A stretch of DNA of 64,000 bases from Longimicrobiales bacterium (GCA_965249725.1 CBDFMQ010000002.1:2688001-2752000); one strand, 5' to 3'. Shown: positions 41,405 through 51,342, counted from the first letter of the stretch. Notes: a model not told the origin generated them from the sequence alone. Made by a program: numbers and translations.

Positions 41405-42318
41405 TCGCCCATCTGAAGGGACGCGAGAAGGCGCTCGAGTCCTTGGGCTGGACGGGACGCAGGGCCGAGTGGATCGCGCTCGTATGCCTGCACAGCGGCG
41501 TGTTCACCCGCGCGCAACTCACCGATGGGCTCCGCATCCACCGCCGCACGGCCCGCCGGTTCGTCCGAGCCATGATGGTTCGGAAGCTCGCGGTAGAGGA
41601 GACGCTGCACGGCCGGAAGGTCTGCCGGATCTTCGCCCGCCCGGTCTACCGGGCGCTCGGTGCCGAGCACATCCGCCATCGCAGGACCGCCTCCGAGGAA
41701 GTGCTCATGCGCCGTCTCCTCTCGCTCGACTACGTGATCGAGCAAACGGGCCTGCCGTGGCTCCCGACCGAGTCCGAAAAGGTAGCCGCGTTCGAGGCGC
41801 TCGGCATCGAGCGCAGCATCCTGCCCGTCCGCGTGTACCGGGGCGCCGCAGGCGAGACGCGGCGCTACTTCCCCCTCAAGCTGCCCGTCGCGCTTGACGG
41901 TCGGGGCGCGGTGTTCGTCTACGCCGATACGGGCCACGAGACCGCCGCGGGGCTCCGCTCCTGGGGCCACGCGCACCGCGGACTCTGGGGCGCGCTCAGG
42001 GAGCGGGGCCGGCCGGTAGAGGCCGTCGCCACCGTGCGCACCCAACCGGAACTTGCACGGGCTCGGAAGGTCCTCGGGCACTGGGCCGAGGCACCGACCG
42101 ATCCGCATCCCGCCGACCCGGCCCGCCGCGAGATCGCCCGGATCGAGCGGTCGATCCGCGACATGGACGACGCGGCGGTCGAGAGGTACGGCGGCCTCCA
42201 GGGCTGCTTGATACGGATCGTCGAACTCGAGGAACTGCTGCGATCCGCCCGCCCCGGAACGGCGATCGACGGGTTCGCCGCATGGCGTTCGAGCCGGCTT
42301 CGCGGGGGCCTGTTTTGA
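41401..42318 (+). CDS. Element-encoded hypothetical protein with N-terminal wHTH-like region
   Basis: GTG start overlapping the virB8 stop; LVCLHSGVFTRAQ, RRLLSLDYV, YFPLKLPV. Confidence 0.7.
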   Translation: MIAHLKGREKALESLGWTGRRAEWIALVCLHSGVFTRAQLTDGLRIHRRTARRFVRAMMVRKLAVEETLHGRKVCRIFARPVYRALGAEHIRHRRTASEEVLMRRLLSLDYVIEQTGLPWLPTESEKVAAFEALGIERSILPVRVYRGAAGETRRYFPLKLPVALDGRGAVFVYADTGHETAAGLRSWGHAHRGLWGALRERGRPVEAVATVRTQPELARARKVLGHWAEAPTDPHPADPARREIARIERSIRDMDDAAVERYGGLQGCLIRIVELEELLRSARPGTAIDGFAAWRSSRLRGGLF

Positions 42319-42495
42319 GCGCCGGATCGCCGGGTGCCGGGGACCTGCGGCGAGTGCCCATCCGACATCGGGGGCGTGCGGACACGGAATCGCCCTTCCA
42401 AAGGACACGCCGCCGGTTGTGCATGTCGCTGGACGGCTTGCGGTTGCGCCACGGCCACCGGAGCGTGCGTGGCACGCGGGAGCCGGCGACCGTGG

Positions 42496-42589
42496 CCGGA
42501 GCGACCCCCCTCTTTGGATGCCTGGCGTGGCATCGGGGAGGATCGGCATGGGACACCCCCATGCCGTCCTCCGCGGGGGGTCGCTCCGG
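42496..42589. other. Nested inverted repeats, candidate oriT
   Basis: Perfect 15-bp IR ccggagcgacccccc / ggggggtcgctccgg enclosing a second ~15-bp hairpin (42536-42572). Confidence 0.5.
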
Positions 42590-42622
42590 GCCAGCGATCC
42601 CTACGGGAAGGTTGTCGGACCG

Positions 42623-44662
42623 ATGAGGCCCTGGACGCTCGTCCTCATCGGCGTGGCCGTGGTCGCGGTCGCGGTCCGCGCCTTCCTCGAGCCGTTCCCG
42701 GACATCGGCGGGAACTCCGTGCTGGACCTGATCGCCTACCACGATCCGGGCCTGCATGCCGTGATTCGCGTCTGGTACTACGCGGCGCCAGCCGTCGCCT
42801 TGCTGCTCGCCGGCAGCGTCTGCCTCTCGGTCACGAGGGTCTGGCTCGAGCCGCGTACCCGGCGCGGCGCTCGCGGGAAGCTTCCCGCCTGGCCCACCTC
42901 GGCCAGGGACGAGGCGCCCTCGCTCGTGATCGGCGAACTGCATCATCCGACCGTGCCGCGCGAGAGCGAGCGGCCCTCCTGGCTCGTCGTCCCCGAGAAG
43001 GGGCTCTACACCGGCGTCCTCATCGTGGGTGCCGTCGGCACCGGCAAGACCACCGCCTGCATGTATCCGTTCGCCCGCCAGATCCTCTCCTGGCGGGCGG
43101 ACGATCCCGGCCGCAGGGCGGGCGCGCTGGTGCTCGAAGTCAAGGGGGATTTCTGCCACCAGGTCCGCGGCATCCTCGAGGACGCCGGCCGCGGGGACGA
43201 CTACCTCGAGATCGGGCTCGGCGGCTCCTGGCAGTGGAACCCGCTCGACGATCCGCTGCTCGATTCCTACTCGCTCGCCTATGGCGTCGCCTCCCTCATC
43301 AACCAGCTCTTCGGCAAGAGTAGAGAACCGTTCTGGCAACAGGCGTACACGAACCTCGTGCGCTGGATCGTGGAGCTGCACCGGCTCCTGCCGGGGGGCT
43401 GGGTCACGCTCCGGGACATCTACCGCTGCACCGTGGACGCGGAGTTGTTCGCGGGGAAGATCGGCGAGGCCCGCGAGATGGCCGACAGGATCTCTCCGGT
43501 GGACGCCGTCATCTCCAGCGACGACATGATCGCCCATGCGGAGGCGCTCAAGAAGTGGGACTGGGCGCCGGTGCCCGGCACTGAACAGGTGCGCTGCCGG
43601 ATGGACGCGGAGCTTCGGGCGCAGCTCGCGAAGCACGAAGTCGCATGCGAAGTGGAAGCGGCCGGGGGAGGCGCGGGCGGCGAGTTCAGGCAGCAGGTCG
43701 AGGCCATCGAGCGGTGGTACCTGCACGACTGGACGGTGCTCGACGCCAAGCTCCGCACCTCGATCGTCGAGGGCATCAGCGTCTTCCTCTCGCTGTTCGA
43801 CGAGCCGCAGGTCGCCGGCGTGTTCTGCCCGCCGCCACCGGCTGAGGAGGAGCCGCCGGCTGAAGCTACGCCGGACGAGAGCGACGACACCGAAGGCGCT
43901 GGCTATCCCGTGCCGGGGCTCCGGCGCCGACTGCCGCCGCTCGCCGATCTGATCGAAGACGGCAAGGTCCTCGCGCTCAACATGCCCGCTGGCGCGAACC
44001 CCGCGCTCGCCCGCGCCATCGGCGTGCTGCTCAAGAACGCGTGGATGCAGGCGCTGCTCCGGCGGCCCGCCGAGGCCGCGCGCCGGCCCGAACGCTACCT
44101 GCGGCCCGCCGTGTTCATCTGCGACGAATACCAGGCGTTCGCCACCGTCGGGCAGGACAACCCTTCGGGCGACGAGAAGGCGTTCGCGCTCACGCGCCAG
44201 TGCCGCTGCATACCGATCGTCGCCACGCAGTCGATCTCCTCGCTCCGCTCCGTGCTGCCCTCGGGCGAGGCTTGGCGCACGCTCGTCCAGACGCTCCGCA
44301 CCCGGATCTTCCTGTCGCTCTCCGATGAGGCGTCGGCGCGGGTCGCGTCCGAGATGTGCGGCACCGTCATGAAGACGCAGGCCTCCTACACGTTCACCGA
44401 GAACACGGGCCGGCCCGAGTTCTCGCTCCTCTCCGGACGCGCCGGAGGCGGACGCGGCACGATCGGCGCGAGCAAGTCGTTCCGCCAATCGAGGGAGCCG
44501 GTGTTCACGCCCCGCGAGTTCTCGCTGCTCGCCAACTACCAGGCGATCTGCCTGCCGTATGACGGGGTCGTGTCGCTCCCCGCGCGGCGCGTCTACCTCA
44601 AGCCCCACTACTTGCCGAAGGAGACCGGCTACTGGCGGCTCCGCGAGGAGGGCCGGATATGA
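42623..44662 (+). CDS. Type IV coupling protein (VirD4/TraD-like)
   Basis: Two N-terminal TMs, Walker A GAVGTGKT, LEVKGD, FICDEYQ, VATQS. Confidence 0.9.
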   Translation: MRPWTLVLIGVAVVAVAVRAFLEPFPDIGGNSVLDLIAYHDPGLHAVIRVWYYAAPAVALLLAGSVCLSVTRVWLEPRTRRGARGKLPAWPTSARDEAPSLVIGELHHPTVPRESERPSWLVVPEKGLYTGVLIVGAVGTGKTTACMYPFARQILSWRADDPGRRAGALVLEVKGDFCHQVRGILEDAGRGDDYLEIGLGGSWQWNPLDDPLLDSYSLAYGVASLINQLFGKSREPFWQQAYTNLVRWIVELHRLLPGGWVTLRDIYRCTVDAELFAGKIGEAREMADRISPVDAVISSDDMIAHAEALKKWDWAPVPGTEQVRCRMDAELRAQLAKHEVACEVEAAGGGAGGEFRQQVEAIERWYLHDWTVLDAKLRTSIVEGISVFLSLFDEPQVAGVFCPPPPAEEEPPAEATPDESDDTEGAGYPVPGLRRRLPPLADLIEDGKVLALNMPAGANPALARAIGVLLKNAWMQALLRRPAEAARRPERYLRPAVFICDEYQAFATVGQDNPSGDEKAFALTRQCRCIPIVATQSISSLRSVLPSGEAWRTLVQTLRTRIFLSLSDEASARVASEMCGTVMKTQASYTFTENTGRPEFSLLSGRAGGGRGTIGASKSFRQSREPVFTPREFSLLANYQAICLPYDGVVSLPARRVYLKPHYLPKETGYWRLREEGRI

Positions 44663-45669
44663 AGCGCGCGAGCGGCGTCGGCCACCTCACTCCGTTCCTC
44701 CCGGGCCTTGGAGCCCTGCTCGATGACCCGGAGGTCTCCGAGATCATGATCAACGGACCCGGCAACGTCTGGGTCGAGCGAGGGGGCCGCCTCGAGCCCC
44801 ACGAGGCGCCCGGGCTCACCGCCGCCTGGCTCCACCGCGCCGCGATCCACATCGCCCGGCCGCTCGGGCTCGATCCCGCCGCGAGGCCCATCCTCGACGC
44901 CCGGCTCAGCGACGGATCCCGGGTCGCCATCTGCACCCCGCCCGCGGCGCCCGAGGTCGCCATCACCATCCGCCGGTTCGGGGGCCGGGCGTTCTCGCCC
45001 GAGGACTTGGTGCGCATGGGCTCGCTGCCGGAGGCGGTCCTCCGGTCCGCCCGCACCACGCTTGCGTCCCGCAGGAACATCCTCGTCTCCGGGGGAACCG
45101 GCTCGGGCAAGACCACTCTGCTGAACGCGCTGATCGAACTGCTGCCCGAGGACGAGCGGATCGTCGCCATCGAGGACACGCTCGAACTCAGGATCGACCG
45201 CGCGAACTGCGTCCGCTTCGAGGCCGGGGCCATCGGCTCGGAAGCACCCGTATCGATCCGCGACCTGGTGCGGCACGCGCTCCGCCACCGCCCCGACCAC
45301 ATCGTCGTCGGCGAGGTCAGGGGCGCCGAGGCCGCCGACCTGCTCCAGGCGCTCAACACCGGGCACGGCGGATCGCTCACGACCGTGCACGCGAACAACG
45401 CGCGCTCCGCGCTCTCGCGCCTGGCGAGCTGCGCCATGCAGGCCGAGGGCGCGCTTCCCTGGGAGGTCACCTGCCGGGGCGTGGTCGACGGCATCTCGCT
45501 CGTGCTCCACATCACCCGGCAACGAGGCAGACGGTTCGTCGAGGAGGCCATCCAAGTCCAGGGCTACGACGCGGCCACCGGCCGCTGGATCACCGAACCG
45601 ATATCGGGCGGGGCGGCGAAGCCCCGGAAGAAGGAACAGACCCACACACCGAAGGAGGTGAACGCATGA
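44659..45669 (+). CDS. VirB11/CpaF family ATPase
   Basis: SEIMING, GGTGSGKTT, IEDTLEL, RPDHIVVGEVRG, NTGHGG. Confidence 0.92.
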   Translation: MKRASGVGHLTPFLPGLGALLDDPEVSEIMINGPGNVWVERGGRLEPHEAPGLTAAWLHRAAIHIARPLGLDPAARPILDARLSDGSRVAICTPPAAPEVAITIRRFGGRAFSPEDLVRMGSLPEAVLRSARTTLASRRNILVSGGTGSGKTTLLNALIELLPEDERIVAIEDTLELRIDRANCVRFEAGAIGSEAPVSIRDLVRHALRHRPDHIVVGEVRGAEAADLLQALNTGHGGSLTTVHANNARSALSRLASCAMQAEGALPWEVTCRGVVDGISLVLHITRQRGRRFVEEAIQVQGYDAATGRWITEPISGGAAKPRKKEQTHTPKEVNA

Positions 45670-45863
45670 CGGGCAACGACAGCACCATCCGCGTCGAGAC
45701 GTTCGAGGACTTCGACCGCGAGCTCGCGCGCGACGGCCGCGAGACGCTCGAGGTCCCGGCCTACCTGGCCGAGCAGTACGGCCTCTTCCGCGAGGAGGTC
45801 GGGAGCGAGGAAGACATCTTGGGCGCCGGCGGCGATCCGCACGGGGAGGTGGTGGACCGATGA
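45666..45863 (+). CDS. Small acidic hypothetical protein
   Basis: ATGA-coupled on both sides; RBS AAGGAGG. Confidence 0.6.
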   Translation: MTGNDSTIRVETFEDFDRELARDGRETLEVPAYLAEQYGLFREEVGSEEDILGAGGDPHGEVVDR

Positions 45864-46888
45864 AGCACGACGAATACCACCGCAAGTTCGCCGACCGGGT
45901 CATCGAGCAGATCCGGCAGGGCACCGCGCCCTGGCAGAAGCCCTGGGCGCCGGGCGAGCGCGTGCTCCCCGCCAACGTGGACACCGACCGCTCCTATCGT
46001 GGCGGCAACAGCCTGCACCTCGCCGCCGTCCAGCAGGAGCGCGGCTATGGCGACGTGCGCTGGGGCACCTACCGCCAGATCCAGGCCCGGGGCGGACAGG
46101 TCAGGAAGGGCGAGACCGGCACCCGCATCCTCTCTTTTCAGGATCACAAGCGGACCCAAGTCACCGACGAGCGCGGACGGCCCAGGAGGGACGCCGAGGG
46201 CAAGCGCGTCTACCGCTACGAACGCCTCGAGGCGCCGTTCGTGCGCCAGTACACCGTGTTCAACGCCGAGCAGGCCGACGGGCTGCCCGCGCGGTCCACC
46301 CCGACGCCCGAGCCGCTCTGGAAGACCCACCAGGAGGCCGAACGGGTGCTCGAGGACAGCGGGGTCCCCGTCCGTCACGTGGCCGGCGACCGCGCCTTCT
46401 ACCACCTGAACCGCGACGAGATCATCCTCCCCGAACGGGTGCAGTTCCCCTCGGCCAACCACTACTACCAGACGGCGCTCCACGAGCTGGGGCACAGCAC
46501 CGGCCACCCGGAGCGGATGAACCGCGAGACGCTCGTCGAAGGGATCAAGACCGGGTTCGGCTCGCCCGACTACGCGAAGGAGGAACTGAGGGCCGAGATC
46601 AGCGCCATGATGACGGGCGAGCGCGTCGGCGTCGGGCACGACCCGAGCCGGGGCGCCGCCTACGTCGAGGGCTGGATCGCCGCGCTCGAGGAGGATCCCC
46701 GCGAGATCCGGCGCGCCGCGGCCGACGCGCAGAGGATCTCCGACTTCGTGCTCGTTCGGCACATCGAGCGCGAGGCCGCACGGGATCCCGTGGCCGTGGC
46801 CGCGTCCCGCACGCCCGGACCTCAGCGGACCCAAGTACCCGTGCCGCCGCTCCCGACGCCCGAACGCAGCTCCGGGCCGAGCCGCTGA
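45860..46888 (+). CDS. ardC: ArdC-like ssDNA-binding antirestriction protein
   Basis: APWQKPW, YRGGN, WGTYRQ, VRKGE, VFNAEQ, HELGHSTGH, YAKEELRAE. Confidence 0.9.
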   Translation: MKHDEYHRKFADRVIEQIRQGTAPWQKPWAPGERVLPANVDTDRSYRGGNSLHLAAVQQERGYGDVRWGTYRQIQARGGQVRKGETGTRILSFQDHKRTQVTDERGRPRRDAEGKRVYRYERLEAPFVRQYTVFNAEQADGLPARSTPTPEPLWKTHQEAERVLEDSGVPVRHVAGDRAFYHLNRDEIILPERVQFPSANHYYQTALHELGHSTGHPERMNRETLVEGIKTGFGSPDYAKEELRAEISAMMTGERVGVGHDPSRGAAYVEGWIAALEEDPREIRRAAADAQRISDFVLVRHIEREAARDPVAVAASRTPGPQRTQVPVPPLPTPERSSGPSR

Positions 46889-46894
46889 GGACCG

Positions 46895-47794
46895 ATGAGA
46901 GGTAGGGAGATGTTCGACCGCACGGTCGAGGAGGACCCCCGTTCCGCCGCGCCACCCAGCCGCGAGAAGCATCACATGCGAAACGGCCATCGTCGAGAAT
47001 ACGCCGCGAGCCGGGACGGCGGGTCCATCTCCTTCACCGAACGGTGCGCCCGCGGACTTGCCGACATCGGCGTCTACGGCGCCGTCTCCTACCGCGACCT
47101 CGCCGAAGCCCGCTTCGGCGGCCATCCCCACACCACCCGGCGGGCCGTGAACGCCTGGATCCGGGAAGGGATCGTCGCGGAGACCCGGGCCACCGGACCC
47201 GGGGGCAACCCGTTCAAGATCCTGACCCTTACGCGCAAAGGCGTGGCCGACGCCCGCGAGCGGGCCGCCGAATGGGGGATGGATCCCGGCCAGGAAATGC
47301 GGTACGCACACACCCGGCCCGCCCAAGCCGCGCACGACACCGCCGTCTATCGCGCTTGCAGGGAGGAGCAGCAACGCCTCCACGCAGAGGGCGCCACCGT
47401 GCGGCGCATCCGCCTCGACGCCGAACTCAAGAGCGCCGTCGCGCGCGGGAGCGAGGCCGCGCGGAAGAAGGACGGGAAGCGGGCCGCCGACGCCGAACGG
47501 CACAGGATCGCCCGCGAGCTCGGCCTCCCCCTCGACGACGAGGGCCGCGTGCTCCACCCGGATGCGCAGATCGAGTACACCGATGCCGAAGGCCGGACCG
47601 GCCGCGTCAACATCGAGGCCGTCTCCGGCAACTACCGCGAACCGGCAGTCCGCGCCAAGGCCGCCGCCGGGTTCGCGCTCCACGCCAACGGGCCGGCGGC
47701 CGGGAAACTCCTCGGCAAGCTCGGCCTGGGCGGCGACGGCGGATCCTGGCTGCGCGGACCGGCCGACCGCGACCCGACCGCCGTCGAACTCTGA
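46895..47794 (+). CDS. Replication-relaxation (Replic_Relax/MOBC-like) protein, putative relaxase
   Basis: wHTH-like N-terminus ending LTLTRKG, AAHDTAVY, HPDAQIEY...NIE; start uncertain. Confidence 0.6.
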   Translation: MRGREMFDRTVEEDPRSAAPPSREKHHMRNGHRREYAASRDGGSISFTERCARGLADIGVYGAVSYRDLAEARFGGHPHTTRRAVNAWIREGIVAETRATGPGGNPFKILTLTRKGVADARERAAEWGMDPGQEMRYAHTRPAQAAHDTAVYRACREEQQRLHAEGATVRRIRLDAELKSAVARGSEAARKKDGKRAADAERHRIARELGLPLDDEGRVLHPDAQIEYTDAEGRTGRVNIEAVSGNYREPAVRAKAAAGFALHANGPAAGKLLGKLGLGGDGGSWLRGPADRDPTAVEL

Positions 47795-47815
47795 CGACCC
47801 GGAGGACTTTAGCCC

Positions 47816-48130
47816 ATGCAGCCTTGGAAGATCAGCGCGGGACTCACCGCCGCAATCGCCGGGACCACCTTCCTCCTCGGCGGCTCCCGCCTCGAATACT
47901 TGTCGCCGTTCTGGCCGGTCATCCTCGCCGATCACGGCGTCCTGCTCTCCCTCCACCTCGCGTTCGCGCTCGCAACCGTCGCGGCCGCCATCTACGCCGT
48001 CGCGCGCGCCACCGGGCTCGCCGACCTCGGGCGCCGCGTCGATCTCGCCGAACGGTCCGTGCGGCGCGGCCAGGGGGATACGGGCCTCACCGAAGCGCTC
48101 CGCAGGGACGCCGAAGGCGACTGGGACTGA
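47816..48130 (+). CDS. Small membrane protein
   Basis: Two hydrophobic segments, coding-like composition. Confidence 0.6.
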   Translation: MQPWKISAGLTAAIAGTTFLLGGSRLEYLSPFWPVILADHGVLLSLHLAFALATVAAAIYAVARATGLADLGRRVDLAERSVRRGQGDTGLTEALRRDAEGDWD

Positions 48131-48136
48131 ACGCGC

Positions 48137-48526
48137 ATGAGTGACCGAACGTCCGTCGAGACACTGCCCGCCAACTGGCGCAGGCACGCCAAGGCGCTCC
48201 GGCGCTACGGGGGCGAAACTCCGGCCACCGCGCTCGAAAGCTGCGCCGCCGAACTCGAAGCCACGCTCGTCGAGAGGGACGAGACCACCTTCTCGCTGGT
48301 CGAGGCCGCCCATGAGAGCGGCTACTCCTCCGACCACCTCGGGCGCTTGGTGCGAGACGGCAAGATCCCCAACGCCGGAAGGCCCGGCGCGCCCAAGATC
48401 GCCCGCAGCCACCTGCCACGGAAGGCACAAGCACCAGCCGAGCCGCCACTGGCGGAGCAGTCACGCCGACGCGACGTTTCAAACGTGCAGATCGTGCAGT
48501 CCATCATCGAAAAAGGAATCGAATGA
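48137..48526 (+). CDS. HTH protein, putative excisionase/regulator
   Basis: SLVEAAHESGYSSDHLGRLVRDGKIP; overlaps the integrase start. Confidence 0.7.
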   Translation: MSDRTSVETLPANWRRHAKALRRYGGETPATALESCAAELEATLVERDETTFSLVEAAHESGYSSDHLGRLVRDGKIPNAGRPGAPKIARSHLPRKAQAPAEPPLAEQSRRRDVSNVQIVQSIIEKGIE

Positions 48527-49686
48527 TGGCACGCACGAAACGAAGCCAGCGCAGCTACGCCGCTGGCGAATGGGGCCGGAACCGGGTGAGGGTCTTTCCC
48601 GATCCCAAGACCGGCTTGTTCCAGATCGAGTGGCGCGACAACGGGCGCAGGCTGAGCAGGTCGCTGAAGCACCGCGACTGGAGGCAGGCGAGGAGGCAGG
48701 CGGACGAGTTCGCCGCAGGATTCGCCGGGCCGGAGCTGAACGGCAAGAAGAACGCCGAGCCCGAGCCGCTCACGCTGAAGACGCTTTTTGACATCTACGG
48801 TGAAGAGGTGACGCCCACCAAGCGTGGGCAGTCGCGGCTGCACGACAGGGCCGCGATGAGGATGTTCCTCGGGTGCTTCGGCAGGGACCGGAAGCCCGCA
48901 ACGCTCTCCCAGCGCGACTGGGACCGGTTCATCCGGGAGCGGCGGGCGGGCAGGGTTGGCCCGAGCGGCAAACCCGTGTCCGACCGGATGATCGAACGGG
49001 ACCTGAAGTTCCTGCTCGCGGTCCTCAACTGGGCCGTGAAGTCGAGGGACGAGCGGGGTGAACTGCTCCTCGGCTCGAACCCGCTCAAGGGCCTGAAGAC
49101 GCCCACGGAGAAGAACCCGACACGGGTGATGCTTACCGAGGAAGAATACGGGGTCCTGCTCCACGTGTCTCTGGAGATGGACTGGCGCTTTCACGTTGCT
49201 CTGGTCCTCGCCCACGAGACAGGACACCGCATCGGCGCCATCCGTCAGCTTCAATGGTCGGACATCGACCTTGAATGCGGAGTGGTGCGGTGGCGCGCAG
49301 AGCACGACAAGTCGGGCTACGAGCACCGGACGCCGGTCACCACCGAGGCGCTCGCCGCCTTGGAGGAGGCGCGAAAGAGGAACCCCGTGACCGGACACAC
49401 TCTCGTGCTGCCCTCGCCGCAGGATCCGTCGAGGTGCGTGGGCTCCTGTCAGGCGCGCGGCTGGTGGCAAAAAGCGGAGCGGCTCGCGGGGCTTGAACCT
49501 AAGCGTGGGAGGGGCTGGCACTCCCTGAGACGGAAGTTCGCCTCCGACCTCATGGACCAGCCGCTCAAGGTGCTCTGCGAACTCGGCGGCTGGAAGGAGG
49601 CCAAGACGGTGCTGCACTGCTACCAGCGGGCCGACGAGGCACAGCTCAGGAAGGCTCTGGAGAGCCGACGCAGAGTTCGCGCCTGA
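48523..49686 (+). CDS. Tyrosine recombinase/integrase
   Basis: TGHR, DKSG, WHSLRR, GGW, CY catalytic set; adjacent to the right att site. Confidence 0.92.
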   Translation: MMARTKRSQRSYAAGEWGRNRVRVFPDPKTGLFQIEWRDNGRRLSRSLKHRDWRQARRQADEFAAGFAGPELNGKKNAEPEPLTLKTLFDIYGEEVTPTKRGQSRLHDRAAMRMFLGCFGRDRKPATLSQRDWDRFIRERRAGRVGPSGKPVSDRMIERDLKFLLAVLNWAVKSRDERGELLLGSNPLKGLKTPTEKNPTRVMLTEEEYGVLLHVSLEMDWRFHVALVLAHETGHRIGAIRQLQWSDIDLECGVVRWRAEHDKSGYEHRTPVTTEALAALEEARKRNPVTGHTLVLPSPQDPSRCVGSCQARGWWQKAERLAGLEPKRGRGWHSLRRKFASDLMDQPLKVLCELGGWKEAKTVLHCYQRADEAQLRKALESRRRVRA

Positions 49687-49779
49687 GGCCAATCAGCGGG
49701 AATCAATCGGCGGGAATCCGGTCCGGTATGCCCGTAAGTTCAATTACCCCAATCAGATACGAATCTGTCTACTTCTACC

Positions 49780-50411
49780 GCCTCGGCCTTGTGCGCAGCC
49801 TCCACCACGATGTCGCAGCCCGAGTTCCCTCCACCCACGACCAGAACCCGCTTACCAAGCAGGATCTCGGAGACCTTGTAGTCCGCTGAGTGCATCACCT
49901 CGCCATCGAAGGTCCCGGGATACTCGGGCACGATGGGGTCACGGTTGTGTCCGTTGGCAATGACGAGTGCGCCATAGAGACGGCCCTCCCCACCAGCCAA
50001 CGTGACCTCCCAACACGGGTCCCCGGTCGGTCCAGTCGACGAAGCCGGTTCCACGCGCTCCACCTCCGCCCCGTACTCGATGAGGGGCCCGAGCTCGAAG
50101 TGTTCTGCGTAGCCTCTCAGATAGGCGAGGATCTCCGTGTGGTGTGGGTAGTCCGCATACGCATCCGGCATGGGATAGTCCGGAAACTCGGTCCCGGGCT
50201 TCGACGAGATGGTGTGTGTCGATCGGTAGACACGCGCCACCGGCAACGGGTAGTTCCAGTTCCCGCCGAGGTCGTCGCATGCCTCGAGGATATCGACCTC
50301 GAGGCCGACCTCGCGGAGGTTGCGGGCTGCGGCGAGCCCGGAGCTCCCGGCTCCGATCACACAGACTCGGTCGCTTCTGTCCGAGAATTCTCCACTTGGT
50401 GACATGGGCAT
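49780..50411 (-). pseudogene. Flavin-containing monooxygenase, 5' half
   Basis: VIGAGSSG, LGGNW, FDGEVMHSADYK, VVGGGNSGCD; homology ends at AHKAEA. Confidence 0.92.
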
Positions 50412-50596
50412 ATCTTACTCGTTGGACACTCCTCCGCCACCGCTCCGACTCGCTATCGGCCCTGTTCGCAGAACACGAGGAGAGCGGGGTGGTGCGGATG
50501 ACGTACGAAACGAATGTCTACTACGGTCGTCTGGAGTTGGACTGACGCCTCGACGATACGATCACGCCAGGATTGGTGAGCAACCTACCGCCGCGG

Positions 50597-51214
50597 TCAC
50601 TCCACCGGTTGGCGGTTCCCTCGACGACCCGCGTAGGGAAGACCGGGCTTGCCGAGGTGGGCTCTCACTTCGGCCTCGGCGGAGAACGGCTCGCCGGACC
50701 AACCCTCAAACCTCCCCTGGAGATCGAACGCGTCGGACTCCAACGGGATGGTCATGTAGTTGAACCGGTTCTGCATGAGGGGGGTCACGTAGCGACGCGC
50801 GAACTCGAAGATTCCCAACTCGTCGTACTGCACCAGATGGACCATCTCGTGGAACACGACCGAGTGAGAGGGCGGCCAGGGCACCTGATCATCACTCACG
50901 AGAATGACGTCGCCGAAGGTGATGGCGGCCCAGACGCTGAAGTCGAGCGGAATCGACTGACCCGACTCCTCGAACTCTCGGTAGAAGGGCGGATTCTCGA
51001 TCACGGGCACCCTGCGGATGCGGGCTCTATCCAGCGTTTCATCGCTGAAGAACCCCCTGAGAGCCGCCGTAGTCGTGTCCGGCAGGGGCTCTGAATGAGC
51101 TCGATGCAGATCACGCTGATTCGAAATCCAGTGCCCGGCGTTGTCCGCCAGGAACGAAACCAGCTCCTGCATGTTCAGTTTTTTCGGGTCCGTCAACGGG
51201 ATATCCCCGGTCAT
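50597..51214 (-). CDS. HExxH zincin-like hypothetical protein
   Basis: AITFGD, FHEMVHLVQY, PLESDAF. Confidence 0.65.
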   Translation of the reverse strand: MTGDIPLTDPKKLNMQELVSFLADNAGHWISNQRDLHRAHSEPLPDTTTAALRGFFSDETLDRARIRRVPVIENPPFYREFEESGQSIPLDFSVWAAITFGDVILVSDDQVPWPPSHSVVFHEMVHLVQYDELGIFEFARRYVTPLMQNRFNYMTIPLESDAFDLQGRFEGWSGEPFSAEAEVRAHLGKPGLPYAGRRGNRQPVE

Positions 51215-51342
51215 GCGTGACGTACGGTCGCAGTCCGGGCCTCACTGGGCCGGACTCCATCGGATCCGGCCAGCGTCTGACCGGACTTCAAAGGTACCGC
51301 CTCGCGCAACCCGGGCTCAAGCGTCCGGATCAACCACCGCCT

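Larger units (their letters stand above)
30036..49787. mobile_element. Integrative (conjugative/mobilisable) element inserted in the FMO gene
   Basis: 8-bp direct repeat GCCTCGGC at 30036-30043 and 49780-49787; terminal tyrosine integrase; T4SS/T4CP genes; visibly higher GC over most of its length. Confidence 0.92.

Noticed and set aside
31373..48430. Long Arg/Pro/Gly-rich alternative-frame and antisense ORFs (e.g. 41996-44608, 45761-48430, 38847-40955)
   Set aside because: Shadow ORFs of high-GC coding regions with no motifs
30036..49787. Prophage
   Set aside because: No capsid, terminase or tail genes; the content is conjugative
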